Positions 10,546-20,289 of a stretch of 60,026 nt of DNA are shown in pieces; within the stretch, counting starts at the first letter, position 1; every line of letters begins with the position of its first letter. A program made the position numbers and the translations under genes. The notes beneath the pieces are model-generated. The model was given only the letters and a program-made list of their open reading frames with translations, was not told the origin of the DNA and did not search any database. Source of the stretch: a phage; the sequence record PV806339.1, one strand, 5' to 3'.

Positions 10546-11045
10546 GTCAAAGGCTTGACATTCTTAAAGCATTGACAGCGCACCTTGAACAGATCACCAT
10601 TGAGAACGGATACGCCTACGACCTGAAAGGTAAAGTGTATCGCGGGCGCGACCGATTCGGCGCGGACTTCACGTCCAAACTGCCAATCGTGTCGATCCTC
10701 GAAGCGAAGGCCACGGACTACGGAGCCTTTGCCAACGAGGAACAGACCGTACGAATGGACGATTGGGTGCTGCTGGTGCAGGGGTGGGTCAAAGATGACC
10801 CGAGAAACCCGACCGACCCGGCGTACGAACTGCTGGCCGAGGTGGAAAAGCGACTGGCGATGTTGGTGGCGAAGGACGAGAACGGACAACCGATGTATCC
10901 GGCCCTCTACCGCTTGGGTGGGAAGATTGCTAAACTCACACTCGCGCAGCCCGTTGTCAGGCCACCCGAAGACGGCTTGTCCGATACAGCGTTTTTCTTC
11001 CTACCTGTTAGGGTAGGACTCAAAGTGGACATTAGGAATCCTTAA
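10542..11045 (+). CDS. putative tail terminator protein (U position)
   Basis: 167 aa ORF overlapping previous stop; synteny only. Confidence 0.3.
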   Translation: MSQRLDILKALTAHLEQITIENGYAYDLKGKVYRGRDRFGADFTSKLPIVSILEAKATDYGAFANEEQTVRMDDWVLLVQGWVKDDPRNPTDPAYELLAEVEKRLAMLVAKDENGQPMYPALYRLGGKIAKLTLAQPVVRPPEDGLSDTAFFFLPVRVGLKVDIRNP

Positions 11046-11058
11046 CAGGAGAAACAGA

Positions 11059-12198
11059 ATGAACGATAACTACCAAAACAACTACGTGGTAGGTCGCGGA
11101 ACGGTCTACTTTGACCGATTCCAAGACGGCACTAACCGTAAGACGGGTGAAATGTATTTCGGTAACACGCCGGAATTCACCATCAACACCGATTCCGAAA
11201 CGCTGGATCACTACTCTTCCGATCACGGTATGCGCGTGATGGATGCGTCCGTCCTGCTGGAAGCGTCTCAGGGCGGTACCTTTACCTGTGACAACATCAA
11301 CGCGGATAACCTCGCGCTGTGGTTCCTCGGTGAAGTATCGAACACCACTCAGACGCAGCAGACCGACGCGAAAGAAGTGTTCAACCCGATCATGCGCGGC
11401 CGTTACTATCAACTCGGCACCACTGACGATAACCCGACGGGTGTTCGCAGCGTGACTAACTTCCAGATGGTCAAGGCTGACGCGTCCATCGCAATTTCCG
11501 TTGGTACAGGCGACATCACTTCTATCGTGGGTGCCACTGTCGTTAACCCGGCGGGTAACTACGAAATTGATCTGGAAGCTGGCCGTATCTACATCGAGCC
11601 GGATTCAGCCGACCTCGCGGGCAACGTGCAGATCGCGGTTCAGTACGACGTTGATGCGCAGAAACGTACGCTGGTCATCGGCAAGTCCAACATGGTGTAT
11701 GGCGCGCTGCGCATGATCTCCGATAACCCGGTGGGTCTGAACAAGAACTACTACTTCCCGAAAGTGTCCATCGCGCCGGACGGCGATTATGCACTGAAAG
11801 GCGACGACTGGCAGGTCATGTCCTTCACCTTCAAGGCCATGCAGCTTAACAACATCACGCAGCGCGTCTACATCGACATCGTCGAAGCGGCCGCAGCGGT
11901 TGACCCGACCACGCAACGCACCATCGAGATTTCGCCTGCATCGACCTCGGCCGCATCCGGTGGCGCAGGTGTCGTTTGTACGGTGACTGTCCGTGACGGC
12001 ACTGGCACAGCAGTTCAGGGCGATGCAGTGACGTTTACCACCGTTTCCGGTGCGACCGTTACGCCTAACAGCGCGACGACCGGGTCTACCGGGACGGCGA
12101 CCACCACCGTCAACCGTGCCGCCGCTGGTACCGCGACTGTCACCGCCACGCTGGCGAACGGCAAAGCGGCCACGACTGGCACCATTACCTTCTCGTAA
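11059..12198 (+). CDS. major tail protein with C-terminal bacterial Ig-like domain (379 aa)
   Basis: Position before G/GT and tape measure; Thr/Ala/Gly-rich Ig-like C-terminus (VTVRDGTGTAVQGDAVTF...TATVTATLANG) as in lambda gpV; RBS AGGAG upstream. Confidence 0.6.
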   Translation: MNDNYQNNYVVGRGTVYFDRFQDGTNRKTGEMYFGNTPEFTINTDSETLDHYSSDHGMRVMDASVLLEASQGGTFTCDNINADNLALWFLGEVSNTTQTQQTDAKEVFNPIMRGRYYQLGTTDDNPTGVRSVTNFQMVKADASIAISVGTGDITSIVGATVVNPAGNYEIDLEAGRIYIEPDSADLAGNVQIAVQYDVDAQKRTLVIGKSNMVYGALRMISDNPVGLNKNYYFPKVSIAPDGDYALKGDDWQVMSFTFKAMQLNNITQRVYIDIVEAAAAVDPTTQRTIEISPASTSAASGGAGVVCTVTVRDGTGTAVQGDAVTFTTVSGATVTPNSATTGSTGTATTTVNRAAAGTATVTATLANGKAATTGTITFS

Positions 12199-12214
12199 TA
12201 CATGCCAAACTGAT

Positions 12215-12240
12215 AAAGCGCCTTCGGGCGCTTTTCTTTT
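12215..12240 (+). terminator. Rho-independent terminator after major tail gene
   Basis: Stem AAGCGCC / GGCGCTT with UUCG tetraloop followed by TTTTCTTTT. Confidence 0.7.
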
Positions 12241-12294
12241 ATCTGCAAGTATGTGCTACATTAACGACGGATTAGCGCAAAGGAGATCCGTCAA

Positions 12295-12756
12295 ATGTCA
12301 TTAGCAGATTACGCACCAGAAATCGAAGAAATCACCATCCCGGCCAGACACGGTAAAAAGGCTGGCTCGTTTAACGTCCGTGGGCTTTCCTTCCACGACA
12401 TTTCCAAAATCATCCGCGTCCACTATCACGACCTTGATGGCCTGTTCGACCTGTATCAGAAGACTGCCGGGGAAGACCTGACGGCCATCGCTACGGGGCG
12501 ATTCGCCGTGTCGCTGGTATCGGACGCGCCGGGGCTGGTGGCACATGTCATCGCGCTGGCCGCAGACGAAGAAGCCGAACTGGAAAAGGTACAGACGCTG
12601 CCGCTTCTGGTGCAGTTCGACGCCTTGAAAAAGATTGCTGGTCTGACGTTCTCGGACGTTGAAGAAGTAAAAAAGATGTTCGCTCAGGTAATGGAGCAGA
12701 TCGGCAAGATGAAGGGCGAAGAGGCGGGGTCGAAACCCGGTCAAAGCGCGAAATAG
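12295..12756 (+). CDS. tail assembly chaperone, lambda gpG-like (153 aa)
   Basis: ORF immediately upstream of tape measure; contains slippery heptamer near 3' end. Confidence 0.6.
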   Translation: MSLADYAPEIEEITIPARHGKKAGSFNVRGLSFHDISKIIRVHYHDLDGLFDLYQKTAGEDLTAIATGRFAVSLVSDAPGLVAHVIALAADEEAELEKVQTLPLLVQFDALKKIAGLTFSDVEEVKKMFAQVMEQIGKMKGEEAGSKPGQSAK

Positions 12757-12998
12757 TTCTCGACTTCCACAATAACCTTCGTGCCACGGTGTCCTTCCTC
12801 ATGTCCGAGGGACACCCGGCCGCCCGGCATTACCCGTTAGGATATTTGTGGTCAGAAACGAAAATCGCGAAGCGCCGGGTAAACGCGGGTTATGTCACCC
12901 AAAGTTTACTGATGCAGTCCTGTATCGGCGCTGTACTCAACGGCAAGAAAGGCGGGAAAGAGTATAAAAAACTAATCAAGGAATTATCTGATGGCTAA
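12295..12998 (+). CDS. tail assembly chaperone G-T fusion via programmed -1 frameshift
   Basis: Heptamer A_AAA_AAG at 12669-12675 in zero frame (gtA AAA AAG); -1 frame is open from 12675 to stop at 12998, overlapping tape measure start at 12991. Confidence 0.6.
12669..12675 (+). other. slippery heptamer A_AAA_AAG for -1 ribosomal frameshift
   Basis: Read directly; codons GTA AAA AAG encode V-K-K of ...SDVEEVKKMF... Confidence 0.6.
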
Positions 12999-15900
12999 CA
13001 GTAAAGACGTCGAGCTACGAATCCGGGCGAGGGACTACAGCCAGAAGCCCCTAAAGGCTGTGACCAGTGCCATCGAGCAGATGGCGAAGGCGCAGGACGA
13101 ACAGCGTAAAGCAGCCGAGCGCGGTGAAGTCTCGACGCGTGATCTGGAAGCCGCATACAAAAAGCTGGAAAGTGCCGGGAACCAACTGCTTAAACTCAAC
13201 TCGCTGATCGAGGTGTTCAAACGGCAGAATCAGGCCATGACGGAGGCGACGGCCAAGACCGAAGGACTCCGCCAGAAACAGGCCGATCTCCAGAAGACCT
13301 ACGATTCCACCGAGAAGGTTACGCAGAAACAGGAACGGGCGCTGGCCCGGGTAACACGTCAGGTTGAAGCCGCAACCCGCGCGGAAGCGAATCAGGCCGA
13401 GCGCGTGTCCCGGGCTACCCGCGACCTCGAACGATACGGGATCGAGACGTCGAAAGTTGGGGCGGCCCAAGCGGGTATCGTCACCAGCGTCGCGCAGGTC
13501 AACCGTGTCCTCGAACGTCAGGACGAAATCATTTCAACGTCTGCCGCTGCGGCCGCACAAGCGAAGGTCATTCGTGGATTGCAGCAGCAGGCTGATCAGG
13601 CGATGGCGACGGCGCGCGGGTACCAAACCCTCGGCCGCGTGGTGCAGCAGGCAACCGGGCAACTCGGGCCGCTTGGCACGCAGATCCAGACTATCGTCAG
13701 CCCGGCAGAAGCGGCGCGCCGCACGCTGTCCGGCCTTGAGAATCAGGTACACGGCGTTACTACCGAACTGGCCCGTAACAGTAAGGAAGTGGAAAACGTC
13801 GCTCAGAAAGTCCGAATGCTCAACGAGGCGAATAAAACCGTCTCGGCGCTGGCGCAGCAAATCGACCTGTACCGCCAGCAGGTGTCAACCCTTCGGAACG
13901 CCCGCACTGAATACCAACAAGCGCGACAAGACGTCATCAAGTTAGCACAGCAGATGCGCACCGCGACAACTGATACGGGCGCTTTAGGTATTCAGATGCA
14001 GGCCGCCCAACAACGGCTTTCCGCAGCCGCGACGGCCATGCGAAACACGGCCACGGCCGCCCGGTCTACCCAAGCCGCGTTACGAGCGGCGCAGGTGGAC
14101 ACGCGTAACCTGTCCGATGCGGAAGCCCGGCTGATCTCCACCAGCCAACAATCGGCCGCAGCGCTTAACACGCTGTCCACCGCGACGAACCGGAACAGCC
14201 AAGCGGCGCGCGACGGCTCGAAGGCGTGGTCACTGTTCCGAGACGAGGGCCGTACCACGCTGTCCTTCCTGCAACGTATTCGCGGTGAAGTGCTGGCGCT
14301 GACGACCACTTACATCGGTTTTCAGGGGGCTATCAATCTGGCGGGAGGCGCGATCGACGCGTACAAGAACCGTCAGCAGGCGATGGTCAAAATTGCGAAC
14401 GTGGTGGGTAACAGCCAAGCGGCCATCAACAAAGAGTGGGAATACATGGTCGGTCTGGCGAATACGCTCGGGATCGACATCACCACCCTGTCACAGTCGT
14501 ACACGAAATTCGCCGTATCCGCGAAGGCGGTCGGCCTGTCATTGCAGGACTCAAAGTTCATCTTCGAAAGCGTAGCGAAAGCGGGCCGCGTCTTCCACCT
14601 GTCACAAGATGACATGGAAGGCGTATTCCGCGCGCTGGAACAGATGTTGTCGAAGGGTCAGGTGTATGCGGAAGAACTGCGCGGCCAATTGGGTGAACGT
14701 CTCCCGGCGGCCTTCGCGCTGTTCGCAAAAGGCATGGACATGACCACCGCCGAACTGATGAAGGCGATGGAAAACGGGGAAGTCACTGGCGAGGCGGTTA
14801 TCAACTTCGCCCGCGAGCAGGCCAAAGCGATTGACGCTCAACTCGCCACGGCGCAGAAAGGTGTCGATGCGATGGAAGCGCGCGCCCGCAACGCCATGAA
14901 CGCGTTTCAACTGGCATTGGCCGACGCAGGCTTTATCGAAGCGTACGTGCAGATGCTTAACAAGATCACCGACTTCCTGAACAGCGAGGATGGTCGGGCG
15001 GCCGCCGTTAAACTCGGCGAGGCGTTCGGCACGTTGGCCGACGCTGTGACGTGGTGCATCGAGAACGTGGACACGCTGATCACCGCGTTAAGCGTTCTGG
15101 CCGGGCTGAAAGTGGTGCAGTTCATCGGCGGCATGATTTCGGGCCTTAAAAACCTGCTGCCGCTGTTCAGCACGCTCGGTAAAATCGGCGATGGCATTAT
15201 CACGATGCTAGAAGGTGTCGCGGCCAGAATGATTGCGGCACAAGGGGCCGTAGGGCTTCTCGGCATCGCGTTGAAAGGGCTGACCCGGTTAATCCCGATT
15301 GTCGGATGGGCGCTGCTGGCGTACGACATCGGTGCCATCATGTACGACCAGTCGCAGACCTTCCGCGAGGCGGTCAACGCGATCATCCGGGACTTCAAGA
15401 ACCTCGGGAATCAACTGGCAGCCGTCGTCGAGTCCATCCCGGCGCTGCTGTACGATCTGGCGGTATCGGTGCTGCGCCCTATTACCACGATGTTCGCCGA
15501 CACCACGCAGGCGATTATTAAGTGGATCGCGGATGTCCTGAAACTGATCCCGGGCGTTGGTCAAGGGCTGTCCGAGTGGGCCATGTCCATTGGCGACGAC
15601 CTGACGAAAGAGCAGCGTGGCTTCCTCGAATCGACTGGCCGCATTTGGGACAACGTCAATAAACAGTGGGTGAAACTGAACGACGAAATGGTCGCGAAGA
15701 ACGCCGATGCGACTGACAAGATTCGCGGGCAGGTCAACCAACTGGCCGCCGACATGGCCGCTATCACGAAGGGCGAAGGCTTCCAGTTCACCCAAGACCC
15801 GGGAACAGGCGTCACGAAGCGCAGCCGCGAGATCGCGGGCCTGACGAAAGAGTTAGGCAAGATGGAAGAGGCGGCCAAGAAGGCGGACGTTGCGTCGCGT

Positions 15901-17286
15901 AAAGCGGAACAGCGGAAAAGCCTGTCCGGACGCCTTGCCATTATCGACGAGGAATTCGCGCCGCAGTACGCCCGCGCTAAGTCGATCGGCGGCTCGGAGG
16001 GTGATGCCCTTACCAAACGTCTCGACGCCGTTGTGGCCGCGCGCAAGAAGGCAGAAACGACCCTCTTCAACTCGCAGCAACGTACGACGGGTGGTATCAA
16101 GAAACAGGAAAACGCATTACAGGCGCTGATCAACAAGTACAACGAGTTGAATGCCGCCGTCGGCGTGAAGGAAGTTAAGATTGACCCGAATGCCACGTTT
16201 GACGACCGTCTGGCCGCTAAACTGGCCGCTGTCAATACGCAGTACGATCAGCTGATCGCCAAGTCGAAGAAACTCGGGACTGGCGGGCAGAATCTGGCCG
16301 GGCAGTTCGAAGACCTTCGCAAACGCAATCTGGAATACGCGACCACGCAGGCCAAACTCGAAGAACTGAAACGCATTGAGGATCAGTTAAACTCGCAGCA
16401 GGAGACGAAGAAAAACCTGCTGGACGAAATCAATGCCAAACGGCAGGCCGGGGTTATCTCCGAAAATGAAGCCGTCGCGCAGACGGTAGCCTTGTATCAG
16501 AACATGAATACGGGCATCGCGTCGTCAGCCGAGCAGCTTGACGCCTTCGCGCAGAAGATTAAAGACACGATGTCGCCGGAAGAATTCAGCCGCATCATGG
16601 CGCAGATTGCATCCGTCAAAGCCGGGCTGGTGGACGTCACAGGCACCTTCACGACGATGGACACGACTGTCGTTCAGGGCGTGCTGGACGGAATGAGCAC
16701 GGCGCTGTCATCCATCGTTGACGAAATGGCGTTGGTCGTGGCCGGGTCGCAAAGCATTGGCGATGCGTTCTCAAACCTCGGCGTGGCCGTGGCACGGTTC
16801 TTCGCGGACTTCTTGCAGAAGATCGCAATGGCAATCTTGCAGCAGATGGCGCTCAACGCACTGGCCTCTATGGGGGGTGGCATCGGTTCGGCGGCCGTTG
16901 CATTAGGCGGCACCGTGGCGAAACACAATGGCGGCACCGTCGGCAGTAAGACAACTGGCGGCACGCAGATGAAGGGCGGCATCAGCCCGGCCATGTTCGC
17001 GAATGCCCCGCGCTTCCACGACGGCGGTCTGCCGGGCTTGCGTTCTGACGAGGTTCCGACCATTCTGCAAAAAGGCGAACAGGTGCTGTCGAAGGATGAC
17101 CCGAACAACGTGCTTAACCAATCACGCGGAGGCGGCCAGACGGCGCAGTCGCCACAAGGTCTTCGCTTCGTGCTGGTGGATGATAGGTCGAAAGTGCCGG
17201 AAGCCATGAACACGCCGGAAGGAGAAAAGGCGGTGATGCAGATTCTTCAACGCAACGTACCGACGTTGAAAAACTTAGTGGGATAA
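12991..17286 (+). CDS. tail tape measure protein (1431 aa)
   Basis: Very long ORF after G/GT; coiled-coil-rich N-terminus, Ala/Gly-rich hydrophobic middle region. Confidence 0.85.
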   Translation: MANSKDVELRIRARDYSQKPLKAVTSAIEQMAKAQDEQRKAAERGEVSTRDLEAAYKKLESAGNQLLKLNSLIEVFKRQNQAMTEATAKTEGLRQKQADLQKTYDSTEKVTQKQERALARVTRQVEAATRAEANQAERVSRATRDLERYGIETSKVGAAQAGIVTSVAQVNRVLERQDEIISTSAAAAAQAKVIRGLQQQADQAMATARGYQTLGRVVQQATGQLGPLGTQIQTIVSPAEAARRTLSGLENQVHGVTTELARNSKEVENVAQKVRMLNEANKTVSALAQQIDLYRQQVSTLRNARTEYQQARQDVIKLAQQMRTATTDTGALGIQMQAAQQRLSAAATAMRNTATAARSTQAALRAAQVDTRNLSDAEARLISTSQQSAAALNTLSTATNRNSQAARDGSKAWSLFRDEGRTTLSFLQRIRGEVLALTTTYIGFQGAINLAGGAIDAYKNRQQAMVKIANVVGNSQAAINKEWEYMVGLANTLGIDITTLSQSYTKFAVSAKAVGLSLQDSKFIFESVAKAGRVFHLSQDDMEGVFRALEQMLSKGQVYAEELRGQLGERLPAAFALFAKGMDMTTAELMKAMENGEVTGEAVINFAREQAKAIDAQLATAQKGVDAMEARARNAMNAFQLALADAGFIEAYVQMLNKITDFLNSEDGRAAAVKLGEAFGTLADAVTWCIENVDTLITALSVLAGLKVVQFIGGMISGLKNLLPLFSTLGKIGDGIITMLEGVAARMIAAQGAVGLLGIALKGLTRLIPIVGWALLAYDIGAIMYDQSQTFREAVNAIIRDFKNLGNQLAAVVESIPALLYDLAVSVLRPITTMFADTTQAIIKWIADVLKLIPGVGQGLSEWAMSIGDDLTKEQRGFLESTGRIWDNVNKQWVKLNDEMVAKNADATDKIRGQVNQLAADMAAITKGEGFQFTQDPGTGVTKRSREIAGLTKELGKMEEAAKKADVASRKAEQRKSLSGRLAIIDEEFAPQYARAKSIGGSEGDALTKRLDAVVAARKKAETTLFNSQQRTTGGIKKQENALQALINKYNELNAAVGVKEVKIDPNATFDDRLAAKLAAVNTQYDQLIAKSKKLGTGGQNLAGQFEDLRKRNLEYATTQAKLEELKRIEDQLNSQQETKKNLLDEINAKRQAGVISENEAVAQTVALYQNMNTGIASSAEQLDAFAQKIKDTMSPEEFSRIMAQIASVKAGLVDVTGTFTTMDTTVVQGVLDGMSTALSSIVDEMALVVAGSQSIGDAFSNLGVAVARFFADFLQKIAMAILQQMALNALASMGGGIGSAAVALGGTVAKHNGGTVGSKTTGGTQMKGGISPAMFANAPRFHDGGLPGLRSDEVPTILQKGEQVLSKDDPNNVLNQSRGGGQTAQSPQGLRFVLVDDRSKVPEAMNTPEGEKAVMQILQRNVPTLKNLVG

Positions 17287-17291
17287 TAACA

Positions 17292-18980
17292 ATGGCTTTG
17301 AGCGGACTGCGCCCCGCGCGCGAACAGTTTAACCAAGCAATCTACGACGCCCTTAACGGGGCGTACCAGCTTTACGTTCAGGACGTCTTCGGTCAGGCTG
17401 CGGCCAACCAGACGTACTACATGGCGAAGTGGATGAAGTTGAAGGCCGGGTCTTATACGGCGGTCATGTATGTCGATGACTCCGGCACCCTGTCTATCGA
17501 TCATGCCGTCGTCGCGACTGCGGCCATCGGCACCAATCCGAACAGCGGGGAGTTTACGATCTCCGCCGACGGCGTGTACCGCTTTGACTGCATCTACTCC
17601 AACGTCCCGGCCGACACCCCGGCGTACATGGCATTCCAGCTAATCCTTGACGGCCAGACCGTCGAGGTTAGCCGGGCCAACGACTTTATCGCGGACATCG
17701 TGCCGATCCCGGATAAGGCATTGGGGCCGAAGCCGCCATACTCCGACGACGTCCGCCTGACGTACCCGGTGTTCCTGCCGCTGCCGAACTGGAAAGACGG
17801 CGTCACCGAGCGCATCGAGTGGCAAACTGACGTCATGATTTCCGAGTCCGGCGCAGAACAGCGACGCCCGATCCGCCTGCACCCTCGCCGCTCATTCGAA
17901 GCGACGTTCCTGCGTTGGGAAGAAAAGCGTACGCTGCTCGATACGACCATCGCGGGCGTCGGCCAGTCTCCGTTACTCCTGCCTTTGTGGCACGACATGA
18001 CAGCCACGGAAAACGATGCGCCAGCCGGGTCGGTGGACATCTTCGGCCAGTTCCGGGTGAAAGACTTCAACGTGGGTGACGTGGTCATGTTCAACCGTGG
18101 CACGACGTGGGACTATGAGACGAACATCATCGCCGGGCTGGACATTGACGCCGGGCATATGACGCTGACGTTTGGCCTCCAGTCGGACACGCCGCGAGGC
18201 ACGCGCCTGTATCCGGTTCGCGTTGCGCAGATCCGGGAGGCGATGAACGGCCAGCAGATGACCGATAGCGTGTCACAGACCCAAGTCCGGTTCTTCTGCA
18301 CCGAGAACTATGACCTGACGCCATCGTGGTCAGACTTCCCTGTCTACACCCGTACCGGGCTGCACATCTTCGTCCTGCCGGAAGATTGGGGATCGTCCAA
18401 TGAAATCACGTCTGACCGCCTGACCTACAATTTCGATAACCAGTCCGGCCCGGTGGTCATTGTTGACCCGGGCGGCCAGAACTACGGCACCGTGAAGAAG
18501 TCGTACACCATTAACGGCCGCACAGCGGATCGGCAGTTCCGGCAGATCCTGTTCGCGCTCCGTGGCCGCACCAAGACTTTCCACCTGCCGCTCGATACGA
18601 ATGACTTCATTCTGTCCCGCGACATCAACCCGGCCGACGGCGCGCTCGTAGTCCGGCGCTGCGGTTATACTCAGTACATCGGCGGGACGCAGGAAACGAA
18701 ACGTGACATCATGGTCGAACTGTACGACGGCACCAGAATCCCGACCACCATCATTTCGAGTCGTATCGTTGGGGATGAAGAGTGGCTATTCCTGTCACAG
18801 TCCATCCCGGCGACGTCCAGAAACGACGTCCGGCGCATCGGATATATCCCCGTAGCGCGATTAGATGTTGACGGAATCGAAATAAAACGGTTGACTGACT
18901 CGGCGGGCGTAAGTCAAGTTTCTCTGACCTTCAAGTTTTTCGACGATCGGAGGATTGCAACGCCCTTACCATTATCATAA
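17292..18980 (+). CDS. minor (distal) tail protein (562 aa)
   Basis: First ORF after tape measure; synteny. Confidence 0.5.
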   Translation: MALSGLRPAREQFNQAIYDALNGAYQLYVQDVFGQAAANQTYYMAKWMKLKAGSYTAVMYVDDSGTLSIDHAVVATAAIGTNPNSGEFTISADGVYRFDCIYSNVPADTPAYMAFQLILDGQTVEVSRANDFIADIVPIPDKALGPKPPYSDDVRLTYPVFLPLPNWKDGVTERIEWQTDVMISESGAEQRRPIRLHPRRSFEATFLRWEEKRTLLDTTIAGVGQSPLLLPLWHDMTATENDAPAGSVDIFGQFRVKDFNVGDVVMFNRGTTWDYETNIIAGLDIDAGHMTLTFGLQSDTPRGTRLYPVRVAQIREAMNGQQMTDSVSQTQVRFFCTENYDLTPSWSDFPVYTRTGLHIFVLPEDWGSSNEITSDRLTYNFDNQSGPVVIVDPGGQNYGTVKKSYTINGRTADRQFRQILFALRGRTKTFHLPLDTNDFILSRDINPADGALVVRRCGYTQYIGGTQETKRDIMVELYDGTRIPTTIISSRIVGDEEWLFLSQSIPATSRNDVRRIGYIPVARLDVDGIEIKRLTDSAGVSQVSLTFKFFDDRRIATPLPLS

Positions 18981-18989
18981 GAGGGCATT

Positions 18990-19808
18990 ATGTCTTACAA
19001 CATTATCGAGACGTCCAACGACAACGGCAGGCCCGTATTTATGTACGAGTTTCGCCTGCTGGATAAATACTGGCGTTATACCTCCGCAGACGCTAAAGTA
19101 AGTGCGCTGGGGAGCATTTGGGAACCGATGGGAGTGTCCGACGACGGGATTAAACAAACGGGCGAGGCTAAGACGGATGCGCTAAATCTGACGCTGCCAA
19201 ACTCGAATCCCGTCGTCGGCCTCTTCATCGGGACTCCCCCCGGCTCCCCCGTAACCCTGACTATCCGACGGATGCACCTTGACGATAACGACCCGGTGGT
19301 CTGTTATGTCGGCACCGTCGATAGCATCAATCAGGGCGAAAACCCTACCGTAGCAACTGTCACCTGTTCAACCCTGTCGGCCACGATGGACAGAAATGGT
19401 CTGCGCCTGTCGTGGAGCCGTGGTTGTCCGCACGCGCTGTATGACGGCCAATGCCGCGTTAACAAAGAAGCCTTCCGCGTGGATGCCACGATCCTTACCG
19501 TTGGCGCGGGTACCGTTACGGCTGCTGCATACGCCACACGGCCAGATGGGTATTTCGCAGGCGGCTTCATCGAGTGGATAGATCCGGTGTACGGCGTGGA
19601 ACGTCGCGGCATCGAAACCCATACCGGGAATACCATTACCATCTTTGGTACCGTAGACGGCTTGGCCGGGGGCTACATCCTCAAGACTTACCCGGGATGC
19701 CCGCGCACCAGTACGGCCTGTGATACCATCTTCAACAATCTGGCGAACTTCGGCGGTATCCCGTCGCTGCCAGACCGTTCCCCGTTCGACGGCAACCCAA
19801 TCTTTTAA
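18990..19808 (+). CDS. minor tail protein (272 aa), possibly DUF2163/BR0599-like
   Basis: Position; Cys-containing motif GCPHALYDGQC...GCPRTSTACD. Confidence 0.4.
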   Translation: MSYNIIETSNDNGRPVFMYEFRLLDKYWRYTSADAKVSALGSIWEPMGVSDDGIKQTGEAKTDALNLTLPNSNPVVGLFIGTPPGSPVTLTIRRMHLDDNDPVVCYVGTVDSINQGENPTVATVTCSTLSATMDRNGLRLSWSRGCPHALYDGQCRVNKEAFRVDATILTVGAGTVTAAAYATRPDGYFAGGFIEWIDPVYGVERRGIETHTGNTITIFGTVDGLAGGYILKTYPGCPRTSTACDTIFNNLANFGGIPSLPDRSPFDGNPIF

Positions 19809-19819
19809 GGAGAATCGCT

Positions 19820-20050
19820 ATGTGGTGGGCGTTAGCTATGCTGGTGGCCTCGGTGCTGATCAACGCGGCCCTCGCGCCGAAGCCTGCATCGGCAAAACCA
19901 GCAACAATTCAGGACTTCGACATCCCGCAGGTGAAGGAAGGCACGCCGCAGTCCGTGGTATTCGGCGAGGTGTGGACAGCCGACTGGCAGGTATTGGGCT
20001 TCGGCAACTTCCGAACCAAAGCAGTTAAAGCGAAACAGGCGAAAAAATAA
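19820..20050 (+). CDS. small hydrophobic protein (76 aa)
   Basis: N-terminal hydrophobic helix WWALAMLVASVLINAALAP; RBS AAGGAG. Confidence 0.4.
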   Translation: MWWALAMLVASVLINAALAPKPASAKPATIQDFDIPQVKEGTPQSVVFGEVWTADWQVLGFGNFRTKAVKAKQAKK

Positions 20051-20289
20051 TGAGCAGACACGACGAGCCGCAGGATCAGCCGCGCATCTTTATGCGCCAT
20101 GCCCGGAAACTCGGGTATTGCAAAAACGGGTCGGAGCGCTTGGCCGAGCGCTTCGGAATCACCTTCGAACAATTCCTACGGGAAGGCTACCCGGTAGCGG
20201 AAGCCATGAAGTCCGCAAACCCGCTGCTGCGTAAAGCCGCAGCCGTGGCCCAACAAGAATGGGACGAGGCGCACGCACATGGGAAGTAA
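20050..20289 (+). CDS. hypothetical protein (79 aa)
   Basis: ORF overlapping neighbours in tail module. Confidence 0.35.
   Translation: MSRHDEPQDQPRIFMRHARKLGYCKNGSERLAERFGITFEQFLREGYPVAEAMKSANPLLRKAAAVAQQEWDEAHAHGK

Noticed and set aside
15561-16235. 224-aa ORF on the - strand inside the tape measure gene
   Set aside because: Shadow ORF antisense to a 1431-aa gene with clear context; low-complexity translation.
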